A stretch of 64,000 nucleotides of DNA from Bacteroidaceae bacterium (GCA_017651315.1 JAGCDE010000056.1:49474-113473), one strand, 5' to 3'. Shown: positions 9,037 to 19,286, counted from the first letter of the stretch. Notes: generated from the letters alone by a model not told the origin. Translations and numbers: made by a program.

Positions 9037-9990
9037 ATGACTAATTTTGCCGGAACTTTTGAAAAGGTGCTGATGAAACAAGACAACAAAGAGTCTGTAA
9101 GAACAGGATATTCCGCAACAATCGGGTTCTTTGACGGAGTCCATCTGGGACATCGGCATTTACTGGAGCATCTCAGAGTGACTGCCGCGGAACACGGCCT
9201 CAAGAGTATGGCCGTAACATTCATAGAGCATCCGCGGCAGATCCTTCAGACAGATTACCGTCCCAAACTGCTTCTTGCACCGGAAACAAAGATCATAATG
9301 ATCGAAAATACAGGTATCGACCTGTGCCTGCCCCTGCATTTCACTACGGAACTGTCACTTATGGATGCCCGCAGCTTCATGGAATCATTCCTTCAGAAAA
9401 GACTTGGTGTAAGCCTGCTCATGGTGGGGCACGACCATCATTTCGGTCATGACATCAACAGTACCGCCGATGACTACCGCAGGATAGGCCGGGAAATAGG
9501 AATGGAGGTGACCGTATCGGACGCCCTTGAATACAAGGGATTTCCAATAAGCAGCTCCAGGATCCGCCACGAACTTGCAAACGGCAGCATCAGGGATGTG
9601 AACGCTATGCTCGGATACCGCTATGCAATCTCAGGAAGAGTAATCCATGGACTTCAGAACGGACGCAGGATGGGATTCCCCACTGCCAACCTTGGTCCGT
9701 ACTGCGAATATATGCAGGTTCCTGCCGACGGTGTCTATTCGGCTCTGGCCACGGTCGATGGCGAGACCCGCCCGGCTATGGTCAACATCGGCTACAGGCC
9801 CACCTTCCAGGGTAAGGCCCGTACCATTGAGGCGCATCTGCTTGATTTTGACAGGGACATCTATTTCCATGAGCTGACGCTCCAGTTCGTGGATTTCCTG
9901 CGCCCGGAGAAACGTTTTGATTCGCCCGGGAATCTTGCAAGACAGCTCGAATCGGACCGGAAGAACGTCAGGGAGACCATCGGGAGATAA
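9037..9990 (+). CDS. ribF: bifunctional riboflavin kinase / FMN adenylyltransferase
   Basis: 317 aa. IGFFDGVHLGHRHLL is the FAD synthetase motif. The C-terminal kinase region has GRRMGFPTANL and IEAHLLDFDRDIY. The true start may be the Met at 9073. Confidence 0.9.
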   Translation: MTNFAGTFEKVLMKQDNKESVRTGYSATIGFFDGVHLGHRHLLEHLRVTAAEHGLKSMAVTFIEHPRQILQTDYRPKLLLAPETKIIMIENTGIDLCLPLHFTTELSLMDARSFMESFLQKRLGVSLLMVGHDHHFGHDINSTADDYRRIGREIGMEVTVSDALEYKGFPISSSRIRHELANGSIRDVNAMLGYRYAISGRVIHGLQNGRRMGFPTANLGPYCEYMQVPADGVYSALATVDGETRPAMVNIGYRPTFQGKARTIEAHLLDFDRDIYFHELTLQFVDFLRPEKRFDSPGNLARQLESDRKNVRETIGR

Positions 9991-10006
9991 AATATAACAG
10001 ATTCTT

Positions 10007-10828
10007 ATGTTCAAGAACAAGAAAACCCTTTCCACGATTCTTATCTGGGTTGCAATGCAATTCATTTGCATGCTGCCAGCTTCACTCATCATGCTGCCTG
10101 TCGGAATCCTGACCGGCATGGACCAGGATGACATCAGGAACCTCACTGTCATGATGGTGCTTCTGTTAAGTCAGGCAGGTGAACTGATCGTGTTCAGGAT
10201 ACTCGGATATTTCAAATTCAAGGAAATAGTCCTTCCCGTCCCCCGGTTGTTCACGGCCATCGCCTCTGTTATAGCCGGAATAAGCCTGTTCTATGCAATC
10301 GATATCATACAAGCCCAGTTTGAGATACCGGACCTGCTGGAGCAGGACATGGGAAAGTTTACCGAAACGGTCTGGGGATTCTTCGCTATCTGTATCATAG
10401 GACCGATTGCAGAGGAAGTCATGATGCGCCGTATCATACTCCGTGACCTGTGGCGGAGAAGCGGAAGGATGTGGACGGGAATACTGCTATCAGCACTTAT
10501 TTTCGCAGTCATCCACTTAAACCCCGCACAGGTGGTGTTCGCCTTCCCGGCCGGAATTATCCTGGGATGGTTATACTGCGCTACCGGGAGCCTGATTGTC
10601 CCGGTCATCATCCATATCCTCAACAACACTATATCATTCATTTCCATAAGGACTGGCGGCGCCCAGCCTGACCTGGGCGACCCGCAAGGCGAGGCGATAC
10701 TTGCAGCCTGTCTTGTGGCAGGTATTCTGCTGGTCTGGACGGTTGCTTCAGTAAGCCGGAAAAACAGAGAGTTTTTACGGATAGACGAGACACCCGAAAC
10801 GGAGCCGGAACCCGTCAAAGGGCAATAG
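10007..10828 (+). CDS. CPBP family (CAAX/Abi-like) intramembrane glutamic endopeptidase
   Basis: This is a 273-aa polytopic membrane protein. It carries PIAEEVMMRRI (the EExxxR motif), FAVIHL and IIHILNN, which are the conserved CPBP motifs. Confidence 0.8.
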   Translation: MFKNKKTLSTILIWVAMQFICMLPASLIMLPVGILTGMDQDDIRNLTVMMVLLLSQAGELIVFRILGYFKFKEIVLPVPRLFTAIASVIAGISLFYAIDIIQAQFEIPDLLEQDMGKFTETVWGFFAICIIGPIAEEVMMRRIILRDLWRRSGRMWTGILLSALIFAVIHLNPAQVVFAFPAGIILGWLYCATGSLIVPVIIHILNNTISFISIRTGGAQPDLGDPQGEAILAACLVAGILLVWTVASVSRKNREFLRIDETPETEPEPVKGQ

Positions 10829-11588
10829 TGGTTCCGGTAAGTCTGTCCAGGTTACCGGCCTTGGTGATAAGGACAGATGAAACACCTGCCTGCAGGGCCT
10901 CGAATGCATTCTGGATCTTGGGTATCATTCCACCGCTTATGGTGCCGTCCTGGACAAGTCTCGGAAAATCATAATAGGAGAGATATGGGATGACGCTGTT
11001 GTCATCGTTCTCATCCATAAGTACCCCCGGTTTCTCAAAACAGTATATCAGCGTGACCCTGAATGCCGATGCGAGGGCTTTTGCCGCCTCACCTGCTATA
11101 GTGTCGGCATTGGTGTTGAGAAGCTGCCCTCTCCCGTCATGGGTAAGCGGGGCAAGGACAGGTATTATACCCTGTTCTATCAGCGAGGCAAGGAATCCTG
11201 CATTGACACTCCTGACATCGCCCACAAAACCATAGTCAATATCCTTGACGGGGCGTTTGTCCGACAGCATCACGTTGCAGTCCGTACCGGACAGACCTAT
11301 CGCGTTCATACCGCGTGCCTGCATTCCGGCCACGATATTCTTGTTCACAAGACCGCCATAAACCATAGTCACTACATCAAGCATGGCCGAATCGGTTATC
11401 CTGCGACCATTGACCATACGGCTCTCTATACCAAGTTTCTCCGCCAGTGCGGTTGCCGAACGTCCGCCGCCATGGACAAGCAGCTTGTTTCCGGGAATGG
11501 AATTGAAATCGTCCAGGAGCTTTCCGAGGGTTTCAGGCTCTTCAACTATCTTGCCTCCGACTTTTACTATGACCAGCGACTGCTTCAT
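10815..11588 (-). CDS. argB: acetylglutamate kinase
   Basis: 257 aa. It has LVIVKVGGK, LLVHGGG, NGRRITD and NTNADTIAGE, typical of the amino-acid kinase family and ArgB. Its 3-prime end overlaps the convergent CPBP gene by 14 nt. Confidence 0.9.
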   Translation of the reverse strand: MKQSLVIVKVGGKIVEEPETLGKLLDDFNSIPGNKLLVHGGGRSATALAEKLGIESRMVNGRRITDSAMLDVVTMVYGGLVNKNIVAGMQARGMNAIGLSGTDCNVMLSDKRPVKDIDYGFVGDVRSVNAGFLASLIEQGIIPVLAPLTHDGRGQLLNTNADTIAGEAAKALASAFRVTLIYCFEKPGVLMDENDDNSVIPYLSYYDFPRLVQDGTISGGMIPKIQNAFEALQAGVSSVLITKAGNLDRLTGTTIAL

Positions 11589-11594
11589 ATTATT

Positions 11595-12131
11595 TCAGGT
11601 TTTCTTCAGGTTAAGGAGATTCTCAATATATTCTACCGTTTCGGATATCTGGTCTCGGGTTTCAAGACGGTCTCCGGGACAGATGTATTCGGCCTTCAGA
11701 TACCCTGGCTCACGCCTTGCGGTCTCCGATTCGATATAGAGACGCAACTGTTCATCATCCATGGAGGCTATTAGCGGCCTCTTGGCACGGGCCACCTTCA
11801 GCCGCCGGACAAGAGTCTCAAGATTGCATTTGAGATATACCGTCTGCCCCTGTCGGAGCATATACGCCATGTTGTCACCGATAAGGGGAGTTGACCCCCC
11901 ACATGAAACAACCACATCCTCGAACTCACCTACCTCATGCAACAGACGGCTCTCGATACTGCGGAAACCCTGTTCCCCGTACTTGGCGAACAGAGCGCTC
12001 ACACTCATCATGTACCTGCACTCTATATACTGGTCCAAATCATGGAAAGTAACTCCAAGATGCCTTGCCAGAGCCTTTCCAAGGGTAGTCTTGCCGGCTC
12101 CCATGAATCCGGTCAGGAATATCCTTATCAT
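11595..12131 (-). CDS. aroK: shikimate kinase
   Basis: The P-loop is FLTGFMGAGKTTLGKALA. I trimmed the ORF-track start (12206) to Met-26 (MIRIFLTG) at 12131, which directly abuts the topA stop codon. Confidence 0.85.
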   Translation of the reverse strand: MIRIFLTGFMGAGKTTLGKALARHLGVTFHDLDQYIECRYMMSVSALFAKYGEQGFRSIESRLLHEVGEFEDVVVSCGGSTPLIGDNMAYMLRQGQTVYLKCNLETLVRRLKVARAKRPLIASMDDEQLRLYIESETARREPGYLKAEYICPGDRLETRDQISETVEYIENLLNLKKT

Positions 12132-14470
12132 TTCCTGGTCTTGAAGATCCGACGTTTGGGTGCCGACCCTGTCTTGGCAATCTGCTTCTTTATCAGTTCC
12201 CTGCATTCCCCGGCCGTCAGCTCTGACGGCTCCGTATTCTTGGGTATCTTGTAATTACTGCCCTGGAATGAGATATACGCTCCATAACGACCGTTCATTA
12301 TCTCAACCTCAGGATCTTCAGGGAATGACTTCAGAACCTTCTTCAACTCAGACTCATGCTTGTTTTTTATAAGCTCTATGGCATCCTCAAGAGTTATGCC
12401 CAGGGGGTCGATGGAATCATCAAGTGACACGTAGAATTTCCCTTGACGGACATAAGGACCGAACCTGCCGGTACTCACGACAACCTCCAAGCCTTCATAC
12501 TCGCCTAAAGTACGTGGCAGACGGAACAGGTTGAGAGCCTGCTCAAGAGTGATGGACTCAAGAGTCTGGTCCTTGTTGAGCTGTGCGAACCTGGGTTTTT
12601 CCTCATCCTCGGCACTGCCGATCTGAACTACAGGGCCGTACCGGCCTATCTTGGCTGAAACCGGCTTGCCTGATACGGGGTCCTTTCCCAAGACACGCTC
12701 TCCGACCTTATGTTCGTTCTTCATCGATATGGCATTATCGACTGAAGGGCTGAACTTGTCATAAAAGTCACTGATGACACTCTTCCACTGCTTGTCGCCA
12801 TCGGCTATCTCGTCAAACTCCTTCTCGACCTGGGCGGTAAAGTTATAGTTCAATATGTCAGGGAAATACTGCATAAGGAAATCATTCACCACAATACCTA
12901 TGTCTGTTGGTCTGAGTTTGGCTTTTTCAGAACCCCAGTTCTCCACGACGGTCTGTTCCGCAATCCTGCCATTCTCCAGGCGGATCATATTGCTGGTCCT
13001 GGTTTGGCCCTGGATATCTTCGCGAAGCACGTATTCGCGCTGCTGGATGGTACCTATGGTCGGGGCGTAAGTGGAAGGACGGCCTATCCCGAGCTCCTCA
13101 AGCTTGTGTACGAGCGCGGCCTCGTTGTAACGCTGAGGATGCTGGGTGAACCTCTCAACTGCGACAATCTGTTCAAAATCAAGATGCTCCCCTCTGCTGA
13201 ACTCAGGAAGTGTGCGGGAATCGGCATTATCGGGCACATCATCATCGTGCGTTTCACGATATACCTTGAGAAAACCGTCAAACTTGATCACCTCACCCGT
13301 TATGACAAAACAGCCGTCTATGTCAGGCGAAGTGATGGACACCGTAGTCTTCTCTGTTTCTGCATCGGACATCTGGGAGGCGATGGTACGCTTCCAAATC
13401 AGTTCATACAGTTTTTTCTCGGGGGCGGAGCCCTCAATTGTCTGGTCATGCATATAGGTGGGACGGATGGCCTCATGAGCCTCCTGGGCCCCTTTTGCCT
13501 TCTGCGTAAACTGACGGCTCTTTACATACTCCTCTCCCATGGTCTCCGTGATCTCCTTACGGCAGGAATTTATGCAGAGGGACGAAAGGTTGAAAGAATC
13601 GGTACGCATATAGGTAATCTTTCCGGATTCATAGAGACGCTGTGCAAGCATCATCGTCTGGATGACCGTGAAACCGTATTTGCGCATGGCCTCCTGCTGC
13701 ATGGTCGATGTCGTGAAAGGCGGTGCTGGCTGTTTGTGAAGAGGCTTCTTGGTGATGTCGCTCACGCTGAAACCGGTATTCCTGCACTTTTCAAGGAAAC
13801 GCTCCGCCTCCTCCTTGCTCCGGAAACGTTCACTGTAATCAGCGCGGATATCCTGGAAGGAGCCTTCGCTGTCCTGCACCTTAAAGACTGCAACAACCTT
13901 ATAGAATGCCTCAGGAACAAAATCCCGGATCTCCCTCTCTCTCTCCACGATAAGCCTTACAGCCACTGACTGCACACGACCGGCCGAAAGCGATGGCTTT
14001 ACCTTGCGCCACAGCACCGGGGAGAGCTTGAAGCCCACGATACGGTCGAGCACTCTTCGTGCCTGCTGTGCATATACAAGATTAATGTCGATGTCACGGG
14101 GATTCTCTATCGCATGAAGTATGGCGCTCTTGGTAATCTCATGGAAAACTATCCTCTTGGTTTTCTCCGGTTTAAGTCCGAGAGTGTCGAACAGATGCCA
14201 ACTGATGGCCTCTCCTTCGCGGTCCTCATCGGAAGCAAGCCAGACCATCGAAGCCTTTCCTGCAGCTTCCTTGAGTTCGCTCACTATCCTTTTCTTGTCC
14301 GCAGGAATCTCGTAAATCGGTTCGAACGTTTCAATATCAATACTCAAATCCTTTTTCTTAAGGTCACAGATATGACCGTAACTGGACATAACCTTATAAT
14401 CCGGGCCTAAGAACTTCTCAATGGTTTTCGCTTTTGCCGGCGATTCGACAATAACAAGATTTTTCTGCAT
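12128..14470 (-). CDS. topA: DNA topoisomerase I
   Basis: The Toprim motifs are LVIVESPAKAKTIEKFLG and ASDEDREGEAISWHL, and the active-site Tyr region is GIGRPSTYAPTI. I trimmed the start from 14614 to MQKNLVIVESPAK (ATG 14468-14470). The extension overlaps the upstream gene and a terminator/promoter pair. Confidence 0.95.
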   Translation of the reverse strand: MQKNLVIVESPAKAKTIEKFLGPDYKVMSSYGHICDLKKKDLSIDIETFEPIYEIPADKKRIVSELKEAAGKASMVWLASDEDREGEAISWHLFDTLGLKPEKTKRIVFHEITKSAILHAIENPRDIDINLVYAQQARRVLDRIVGFKLSPVLWRKVKPSLSAGRVQSVAVRLIVEREREIRDFVPEAFYKVVAVFKVQDSEGSFQDIRADYSERFRSKEEAERFLEKCRNTGFSVSDITKKPLHKQPAPPFTTSTMQQEAMRKYGFTVIQTMMLAQRLYESGKITYMRTDSFNLSSLCINSCRKEITETMGEEYVKSRQFTQKAKGAQEAHEAIRPTYMHDQTIEGSAPEKKLYELIWKRTIASQMSDAETEKTTVSITSPDIDGCFVITGEVIKFDGFLKVYRETHDDDVPDNADSRTLPEFSRGEHLDFEQIVAVERFTQHPQRYNEAALVHKLEELGIGRPSTYAPTIGTIQQREYVLREDIQGQTRTSNMIRLENGRIAEQTVVENWGSEKAKLRPTDIGIVVNDFLMQYFPDILNYNFTAQVEKEFDEIADGDKQWKSVISDFYDKFSPSVDNAISMKNEHKVGERVLGKDPVSGKPVSAKIGRYGPVVQIGSAEDEEKPRFAQLNKDQTLESITLEQALNLFRLPRTLGEYEGLEVVVSTGRFGPYVRQGKFYVSLDDSIDPLGITLEDAIELIKNKHESELKKVLKSFPEDPEVEIMNGRYGAYISFQGSNYKIPKNTEPSELTAGECRELIKKQIAKTGSAPKRRIFKTRK

Positions 14471-14511
14471 TTTATCAATCAACTGAATAATCATCCTGCC
14501 TTTCGGCGCGG

Positions 14512-14519
14512 CAAAAGTA
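14512..14519 (-). promoter_or_regulatory. candidate -7 promoter element (TACTTTTG) for topA
   Basis: The minus strand reads TACTTTTG, matching TAnnTTTG, 41 nt upstream of the trimmed topA ATG. TTTC lies 19 nt further upstream as a 3-of-4 match to the -33 element. Confidence 0.4.
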
Positions 14520-14546
14520 GAATAAAAAATGTAATACTGAAACACC

Positions 14547-14574
14547 GGACGGACAGAAAAAGTTCTGCCCGTCC
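14547..14574 (-). terminator. candidate intrinsic terminator after the TPR/beta-barrel gene pair
   Basis: The minus strand reads GGACGGGCAG-AACTTTTT-CTGTCCGTCC, a 10-bp stem with 9 of 10 pairs, 27 nt after the stop at 14602. A moderately T-rich tail (GGTGTTTCAGTATT) follows. Confidence 0.5.
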
Positions 14575-14601
14575 ACCTTATTAATATTATTAATAAAATT
14601 T

Positions 14602-16257
14602 TCAGAATCTCCACGTCGCTCCCACCAGGATGGAAGGCTTCAGTGTCCGGTATCCGGCATAATAGTAGAAGTCGCCTCCGAGCATGTGCTTGATTGTCGC
14701 GTAGAACGACAGGTTTCCGCCCATGTCGTAATCAGCCGTCACAGAGAGGTCATTGACAATCGGCATAGCCTCACCGGAGACTCTATGGAATCCCATAAGC
14801 CTGTAGGTGAGCATGGCATCAAGCCCCTTCATTATGTTGTACTTACCGAACAGAGTGGCATCAATTGCAGGCTTCAGCTGCATCTTGTACCCCATATATG
14901 AGCCGATATAGTTGTTATATATGAAATCCAGCTTGAACTGAGCCCTGTCCTGGATCATCCAGTCCACAGCGCCTTTCACATAAAAGACCTTGGCATCCTG
15001 CTGCTTGAGGACCGATGTCACAAGCAGCGAATCGTCGGCCACCTGGAATATCTCATCGACAGTATATCTGTAGCCTGCACCGAGGAATGAGGAGATTCGG
15101 GAAGGTTCGGAATAGCTCAGCCCCGCCAATGCGTCAAAGGTTGTATATCCGTCACGGATACGTTCCTGCTCGGACCAATAGGGCGAAATCACAGCTAACC
15201 TGCGCATGTCATGCTCGACAAGACCGCCGCTCATGCTGCCTGTTATCTTCAGGTTGTCAAGGATGCCGTATGAAACCCTCGCTACAGGCGATGCATGGAA
15301 CAGGTCACCTGCATCTGTCCTCAGATCGATATTGGCTCCAAGGTCAACTTCCCAGTCACCTTTGAAATAGTGCCATACCGGAGATAACGTAAAGGTGGTG
15401 AAGCCGCTGTACCTTGAATCATCCATTCCGGTCCAACTATACACTGCGGTTTTCTGGCGATAGTCAAGGGTAAGGCTACCCTTTTCCAGTCTCTTGTTGA
15501 ATCCGGCACCCAGCCTTACCAGTCCCTCCTTGTTGCTCCTTACTTTCCCGTTCACATTAAGGCCGTCCCTTATCATCCATTCCCCGGATCCGCTCAGATA
15601 GAAACTCACGTCATTCTCGGTATTGGTGCTGATATATCCGGACAGTTCACCCTGCCTGACATTCTGGAACAGATTGCTCGCCGCCAGCTTGACAGAGTCC
15701 ATCTTGCTGCCAGGCATATAGTTGTAACGGGAATAGCCGTAACCTGCCCTGAGTGAGGCCTCGAATAGCCTGAAACGGTGCGTGAACCCGGCCGAGATGC
15801 TGCTGTTGAACATTTCGGATTTCCAGTTCCTGTCAAGTTTGGATTTCCATCCGTCCATATTGCCGGACACTCTTAAATAGTCCTTGTCCGTTATCTTCCA
15901 TCCCAAATCCAGAAGACCGTCGCTTATGTTGCGCACTCCGTATCCGAGACGTACAAGACTTGAGAATCTCTTTGCATGGACATCGTCAGTCTCAAGACCG
16001 AAGACATTCATCTGCTGACGTATCCTCTGATTATAGGGGTTCGCAAAAGTCAGATAGCTTACCGGCACGCCCTGCCTGGTCTCTTTCTCCTTCTCGGGAG
16101 CCGGCATGATCTTTCCGGCCTCGGTAAAGACAGGATTGTAGTCACCCTCCACTGTCAGGGACCTGGAAGGAAGCTCGTCATTCTTCTGGGCCTGTACATT
16201 GATTGCACAGGCTATAGCGATAAGTGCTGTTACAGTAAATCTCTTCATATTGCTCAT
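14602..16257 (-). CDS. outer-membrane beta-barrel protein (putative porin-like), function unknown
   Basis: 551 aa with signal peptide MSNMKRFTVTALIAIACAINVQAQ. The sequence shows alternating amphipathic, aromatic-rich strands throughout, and the C-terminus GATWRF ends in Phe like OMP beta-signals. Its start overlaps the stop of the upstream TPR gene by 4 nt. Confidence 0.55.
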   Translation of the reverse strand: MSNMKRFTVTALIAIACAINVQAQKNDELPSRSLTVEGDYNPVFTEAGKIMPAPEKEKETRQGVPVSYLTFANPYNQRIRQQMNVFGLETDDVHAKRFSSLVRLGYGVRNISDGLLDLGWKITDKDYLRVSGNMDGWKSKLDRNWKSEMFNSSISAGFTHRFRLFEASLRAGYGYSRYNYMPGSKMDSVKLAASNLFQNVRQGELSGYISTNTENDVSFYLSGSGEWMIRDGLNVNGKVRSNKEGLVRLGAGFNKRLEKGSLTLDYRQKTAVYSWTGMDDSRYSGFTTFTLSPVWHYFKGDWEVDLGANIDLRTDAGDLFHASPVARVSYGILDNLKITGSMSGGLVEHDMRRLAVISPYWSEQERIRDGYTTFDALAGLSYSEPSRISSFLGAGYRYTVDEIFQVADDSLLVTSVLKQQDAKVFYVKGAVDWMIQDRAQFKLDFIYNNYIGSYMGYKMQLKPAIDATLFGKYNIMKGLDAMLTYRLMGFHRVSGEAMPIVNDLSVTADYDMGGNLSFYATIKHMLGGDFYYYAGYRTLKPSILVGATWRF

Positions 16258-19200
16258 TCTCCTAAGCGTTCTTTAATCATGTCGGCTATATCGTCATCCC
16301 CGGTATAGTTGCTCTTGAGTGAAAGCAGGTACTGACGGGCCTCTATCTCCTTGCCCTGAGCCTTGTAGATGTCGCTCAAAAGGATGAAGCTCCGGGCTAT
16401 CCAGTACATGTGGGGAGTTCCCTCCTGTATCAGGGACATAATGTTTTCCTGGGCGGCGTTATTGTCACCCCTGTCATACAGATACTGGCTCAACAGATAG
16501 CTGGCCTCGGCTCCGTACTGCGAACGGGTGTCCCTGGAGAGCTGTTCGAGCTGCTCCCTTGTATCCGGCCGGTTCTCCGCAAGAGAGGCCTTGGCTTTCC
16601 AGTAGCTGACCTCGGTCTTCTGCTCCGGGTTAAGTTTTGTCTGCAAAGCCTTGTCCGCATATTTAAGTACGGTTGACATGTTGTCCGACCTTCCCGCACT
16701 GCTCACAATCCCATAGAGGCATTTGAGCTGACGGTCAGCGTTTGCACTCTTCTCGTACAGGCGGATATAGGTGTTCATTGCCCTGGTCCATTCACCGTTG
16801 TTCCAGTCGATTGACGCGGCACGGTCAAGAGCCTCTTCACTGTAACGGCTGTTGCTGAAATCAGCAGCACGCAGATAGCTGTCAACAGACTTCCTGTACT
16901 CCCGGAGAACCTGGTATATCTCACCCTGATAGAACCATGCATCGGCAGCATACGCTCCATTGGGGAACTGCGACAGGTATTCACCGAACAATGTCAGAGC
17001 CTGGGACTTGTCACCGCGTCCGAACAGACTCTCGGCAGCGGCGTATGTGAGGGAGTCACGCTCGCTCACAGCTATCGGAACCGCTCCCTGAATATGTGAG
17101 GCATACTCTAAATAGCTGTTAATATCACCCTTCTCCACGTAGATAGACCTCAGGTCCGACATGGCCGTACGGGATTCGTCACTGCCGGGATACTTGTTGA
17201 TCACATCTTTGTACGCTGATATAGCCTCCTCATAATTGTCCTGCTGATAGTAAATCAAGGCTATCTCAGCCGAAGCCTTGCGAGCCAGGTCACTTGTCGG
17301 ATATTCGGACACGATACGCCTGAAAAGCCTGATTGCCTGCGAAGGTTTGTCGGTCTGCTGGTATGCCCGTCCCTCCTCATAGAGAGCCGACGGCACGTAG
17401 GCCGATTCCGGATAATCCCTCACCATGCGGTCAAGGTTATCGATTTTCTCCACGTAATTGCGCTGAAGCCCGCTCACGATGGCAGACTGGTAAAGCACAT
17501 AGTCACCGACCGAACGGTTCGATGACAACGCTTTCCTGTAGTACTCCTTTGCCTCGGAATAGCGTCGCTGGTAGAACATGCAGTCTCCGGCACGGAGAGC
17601 GGCATCGGCTACAATCTCCTTGGAGACTCCGGTTCCGGTCCTTTCAATCACATTCCTGAAGAACTGCTCCGCCTTGCCATAGTCACCCCTGCGATAGTTT
17701 ATGTATCCGAGTCCGTAATTGGCCAGACCGCCTGAAGCGCTTCTTCCATTGCCGACAAGCGACAGGTAACGGCTGTAATCTGTCTCCGCCTGTCTCGGGC
17801 TGTCAAGCCTGTAATAGGTCTCGCCACGCCAGAAGAAGGATTCGGTAGCCACCCTGTGATTATAACGGTCAAGCGCTATCACGTCGGTGAGGAGTGATGG
17901 CACGTTGGTCAGGTTACCATCGGAGAACAGGTCCATCGCCTTCCGGTAAAGCAGTTTCTGCTTAGCCTCGAGAATGGATGCGCCGGGGTTGTTGATCTTG
18001 GCAATCGAAGCGAGGGCGATATCATAGTTAGGGGTGTTCAGATAGGCATCGGCCAGATAGCTGTTCACCCTGTCGGCGTAATCCGAATTCGGAAACTCGT
18101 TGAGGAAACGCTCGAACGAGGTAACCGACTCGGCGAAAGGAGAATATGAAGTCTCCTGCACGAGCATGGCATAGTTATAGAGAGCCTGTTCCCTGATACT
18201 GGGCTGTCCGGGAAGGTTCGATGCCCGCTCGAATGCCATACGGGCCATATTCTTCTCACCCGATGCCAACGCGGCGAGTCCCACATGGAGGGAGGCGTTC
18301 TGGGCAATGTCACTCTCCCCCTCCGATACAGGAGAGAGGAACTCTATCGCAAGGTCCGTCTTGCCGGTGTTGAAATATGACATTCCAAGCAGATATGAGT
18401 CATAAACGGCATCGGACCTGCTGTCAGAGTTCATGTAGCTGGTCAGGAATTCAATAGCCTTGTCATAGTTGCCCATCTTATAGTAATACTCTCCGAGAAT
18501 ACGCTCGGCCTCCATCTCCACATAGTCATCGGTGGGATTCTCCACAATATCAGTCGCGGTCTGGAGAGCATAGTCAATGTTACCGTAACCGTTCAGGGCC
18601 ATCTCCGCGAGATACAGCCGCGCCTCATCGTTATGGGGTCCGCCCAGACAGTTCCTGAAACCCTCATCAGCCTTGTCGAAACTGCCCTCAAAGTAATCTG
18701 CGTAGGCCCTGTAGAAAACGACATCCGCATCGGGTGCACCCTGCAGCATATAATCCAGTATGTTCAGCTGCAACAGGCCATCCTCAACCCTCCCGCTCCG
18801 GAACAGTGAAATGGCGTAATGGCGGGACATACGTATGCACTCGTCAGGTTCAAGCACTGCCGGATCACACTCCTCGAAACAGAGGATGGCATGGTCATAT
18901 TCATGAACCGAAAAGTAGGAACTTCCTGCCAGAGCCATCATCCTGTTGTCATAGATGGAGTATGGATACTTTATCTGAAAACCCAGGATGTAAGGCATGG
19001 CCTGCGTCAGGTCCTGCTCCGCATTTATCACGGCACGCATATAGTCTATCTCTTCAGCGCGGGTAGGATTGACCTTCTCATGTTCCTTCTCCCACTCTTC
19101 AAGCAATGCTCCTGCGGCGGGGTAATCCCCCTGGACAAAAAGTGTCCTGCACTCGTCAAGAAGACGGGAGCCCTTCACGGTCATCCTGCTCTGACCGGCG

Positions 19201-19286
19201 ACATCAGTCACCCCCAGGGAGAGCAGCAGTATTGCCGCAGGAATGAATACTCTTTTCTTCATTATCTGATTGTTTTGTTTTTCCAC
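16254..19286 (-). CDS. large secreted tetratricopeptide-repeat (TPR) protein
   Basis: 1010 aa with signal peptide ...IPAAILLLSLGVTDVAGQ. Many 34-residue TPR-like units are present, for example GDYGKAEQFFRNVIE, YSEAKEYYRKAL and NYEEAISAYKDVINKYP. An alternative start is MKKRVF at 19262. Confidence 0.7.
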   Translation of the reverse strand: MEKQNNQIMKKRVFIPAAILLLSLGVTDVAGQSRMTVKGSRLLDECRTLFVQGDYPAAGALLEEWEKEHEKVNPTRAEEIDYMRAVINAEQDLTQAMPYILGFQIKYPYSIYDNRMMALAGSSYFSVHEYDHAILCFEECDPAVLEPDECIRMSRHYAISLFRSGRVEDGLLQLNILDYMLQGAPDADVVFYRAYADYFEGSFDKADEGFRNCLGGPHNDEARLYLAEMALNGYGNIDYALQTATDIVENPTDDYVEMEAERILGEYYYKMGNYDKAIEFLTSYMNSDSRSDAVYDSYLLGMSYFNTGKTDLAIEFLSPVSEGESDIAQNASLHVGLAALASGEKNMARMAFERASNLPGQPSIREQALYNYAMLVQETSYSPFAESVTSFERFLNEFPNSDYADRVNSYLADAYLNTPNYDIALASIAKINNPGASILEAKQKLLYRKAMDLFSDGNLTNVPSLLTDVIALDRYNHRVATESFFWRGETYYRLDSPRQAETDYSRYLSLVGNGRSASGGLANYGLGYINYRRGDYGKAEQFFRNVIERTGTGVSKEIVADAALRAGDCMFYQRRYSEAKEYYRKALSSNRSVGDYVLYQSAIVSGLQRNYVEKIDNLDRMVRDYPESAYVPSALYEEGRAYQQTDKPSQAIRLFRRIVSEYPTSDLARKASAEIALIYYQQDNYEEAISAYKDVINKYPGSDESRTAMSDLRSIYVEKGDINSYLEYASHIQGAVPIAVSERDSLTYAAAESLFGRGDKSQALTLFGEYLSQFPNGAYAADAWFYQGEIYQVLREYRKSVDSYLRAADFSNSRYSEEALDRAASIDWNNGEWTRAMNTYIRLYEKSANADRQLKCLYGIVSSAGRSDNMSTVLKYADKALQTKLNPEQKTEVSYWKAKASLAENRPDTREQLEQLSRDTRSQYGAEASYLLSQYLYDRGDNNAAQENIMSLIQEGTPHMYWIARSFILLSDIYKAQGKEIEARQYLLSLKSNYTGDDDIADMIKERLGE

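Noticed and set aside
13004-13969. A 321-aa plus-strand ORF. Similar long antisense ORFs occur at 3383-4144, 20098-20841, 28080-28913, 30865-31647, 42820-43794 and 44295-45029.
   Set aside because: Each one is fully contained antisense within a confidently identified gene: topA, S41 peptidase, SpmA/B-like, A2M, hisS, recG, and DJ-1/TonB. None has recognisable motifs, so I treat them as shadow ORFs.
14471-14614. The N-terminal 48-codon extension of topA in the ORF track. Analogous extensions exist for aroK (to 12206), ybeY (to 19783), the esterase (to 22891), the AraC-like gene (to 35604), folE (to 38273) and exbD (to 45908).
   Set aside because: The extensions overlap the upstream gene or its terminator and promoter. 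They encode odd, non-conserved-looking peptides, and each is followed by an internal Met that gives the canonical family N-terminus directly abutting the upstream stop.
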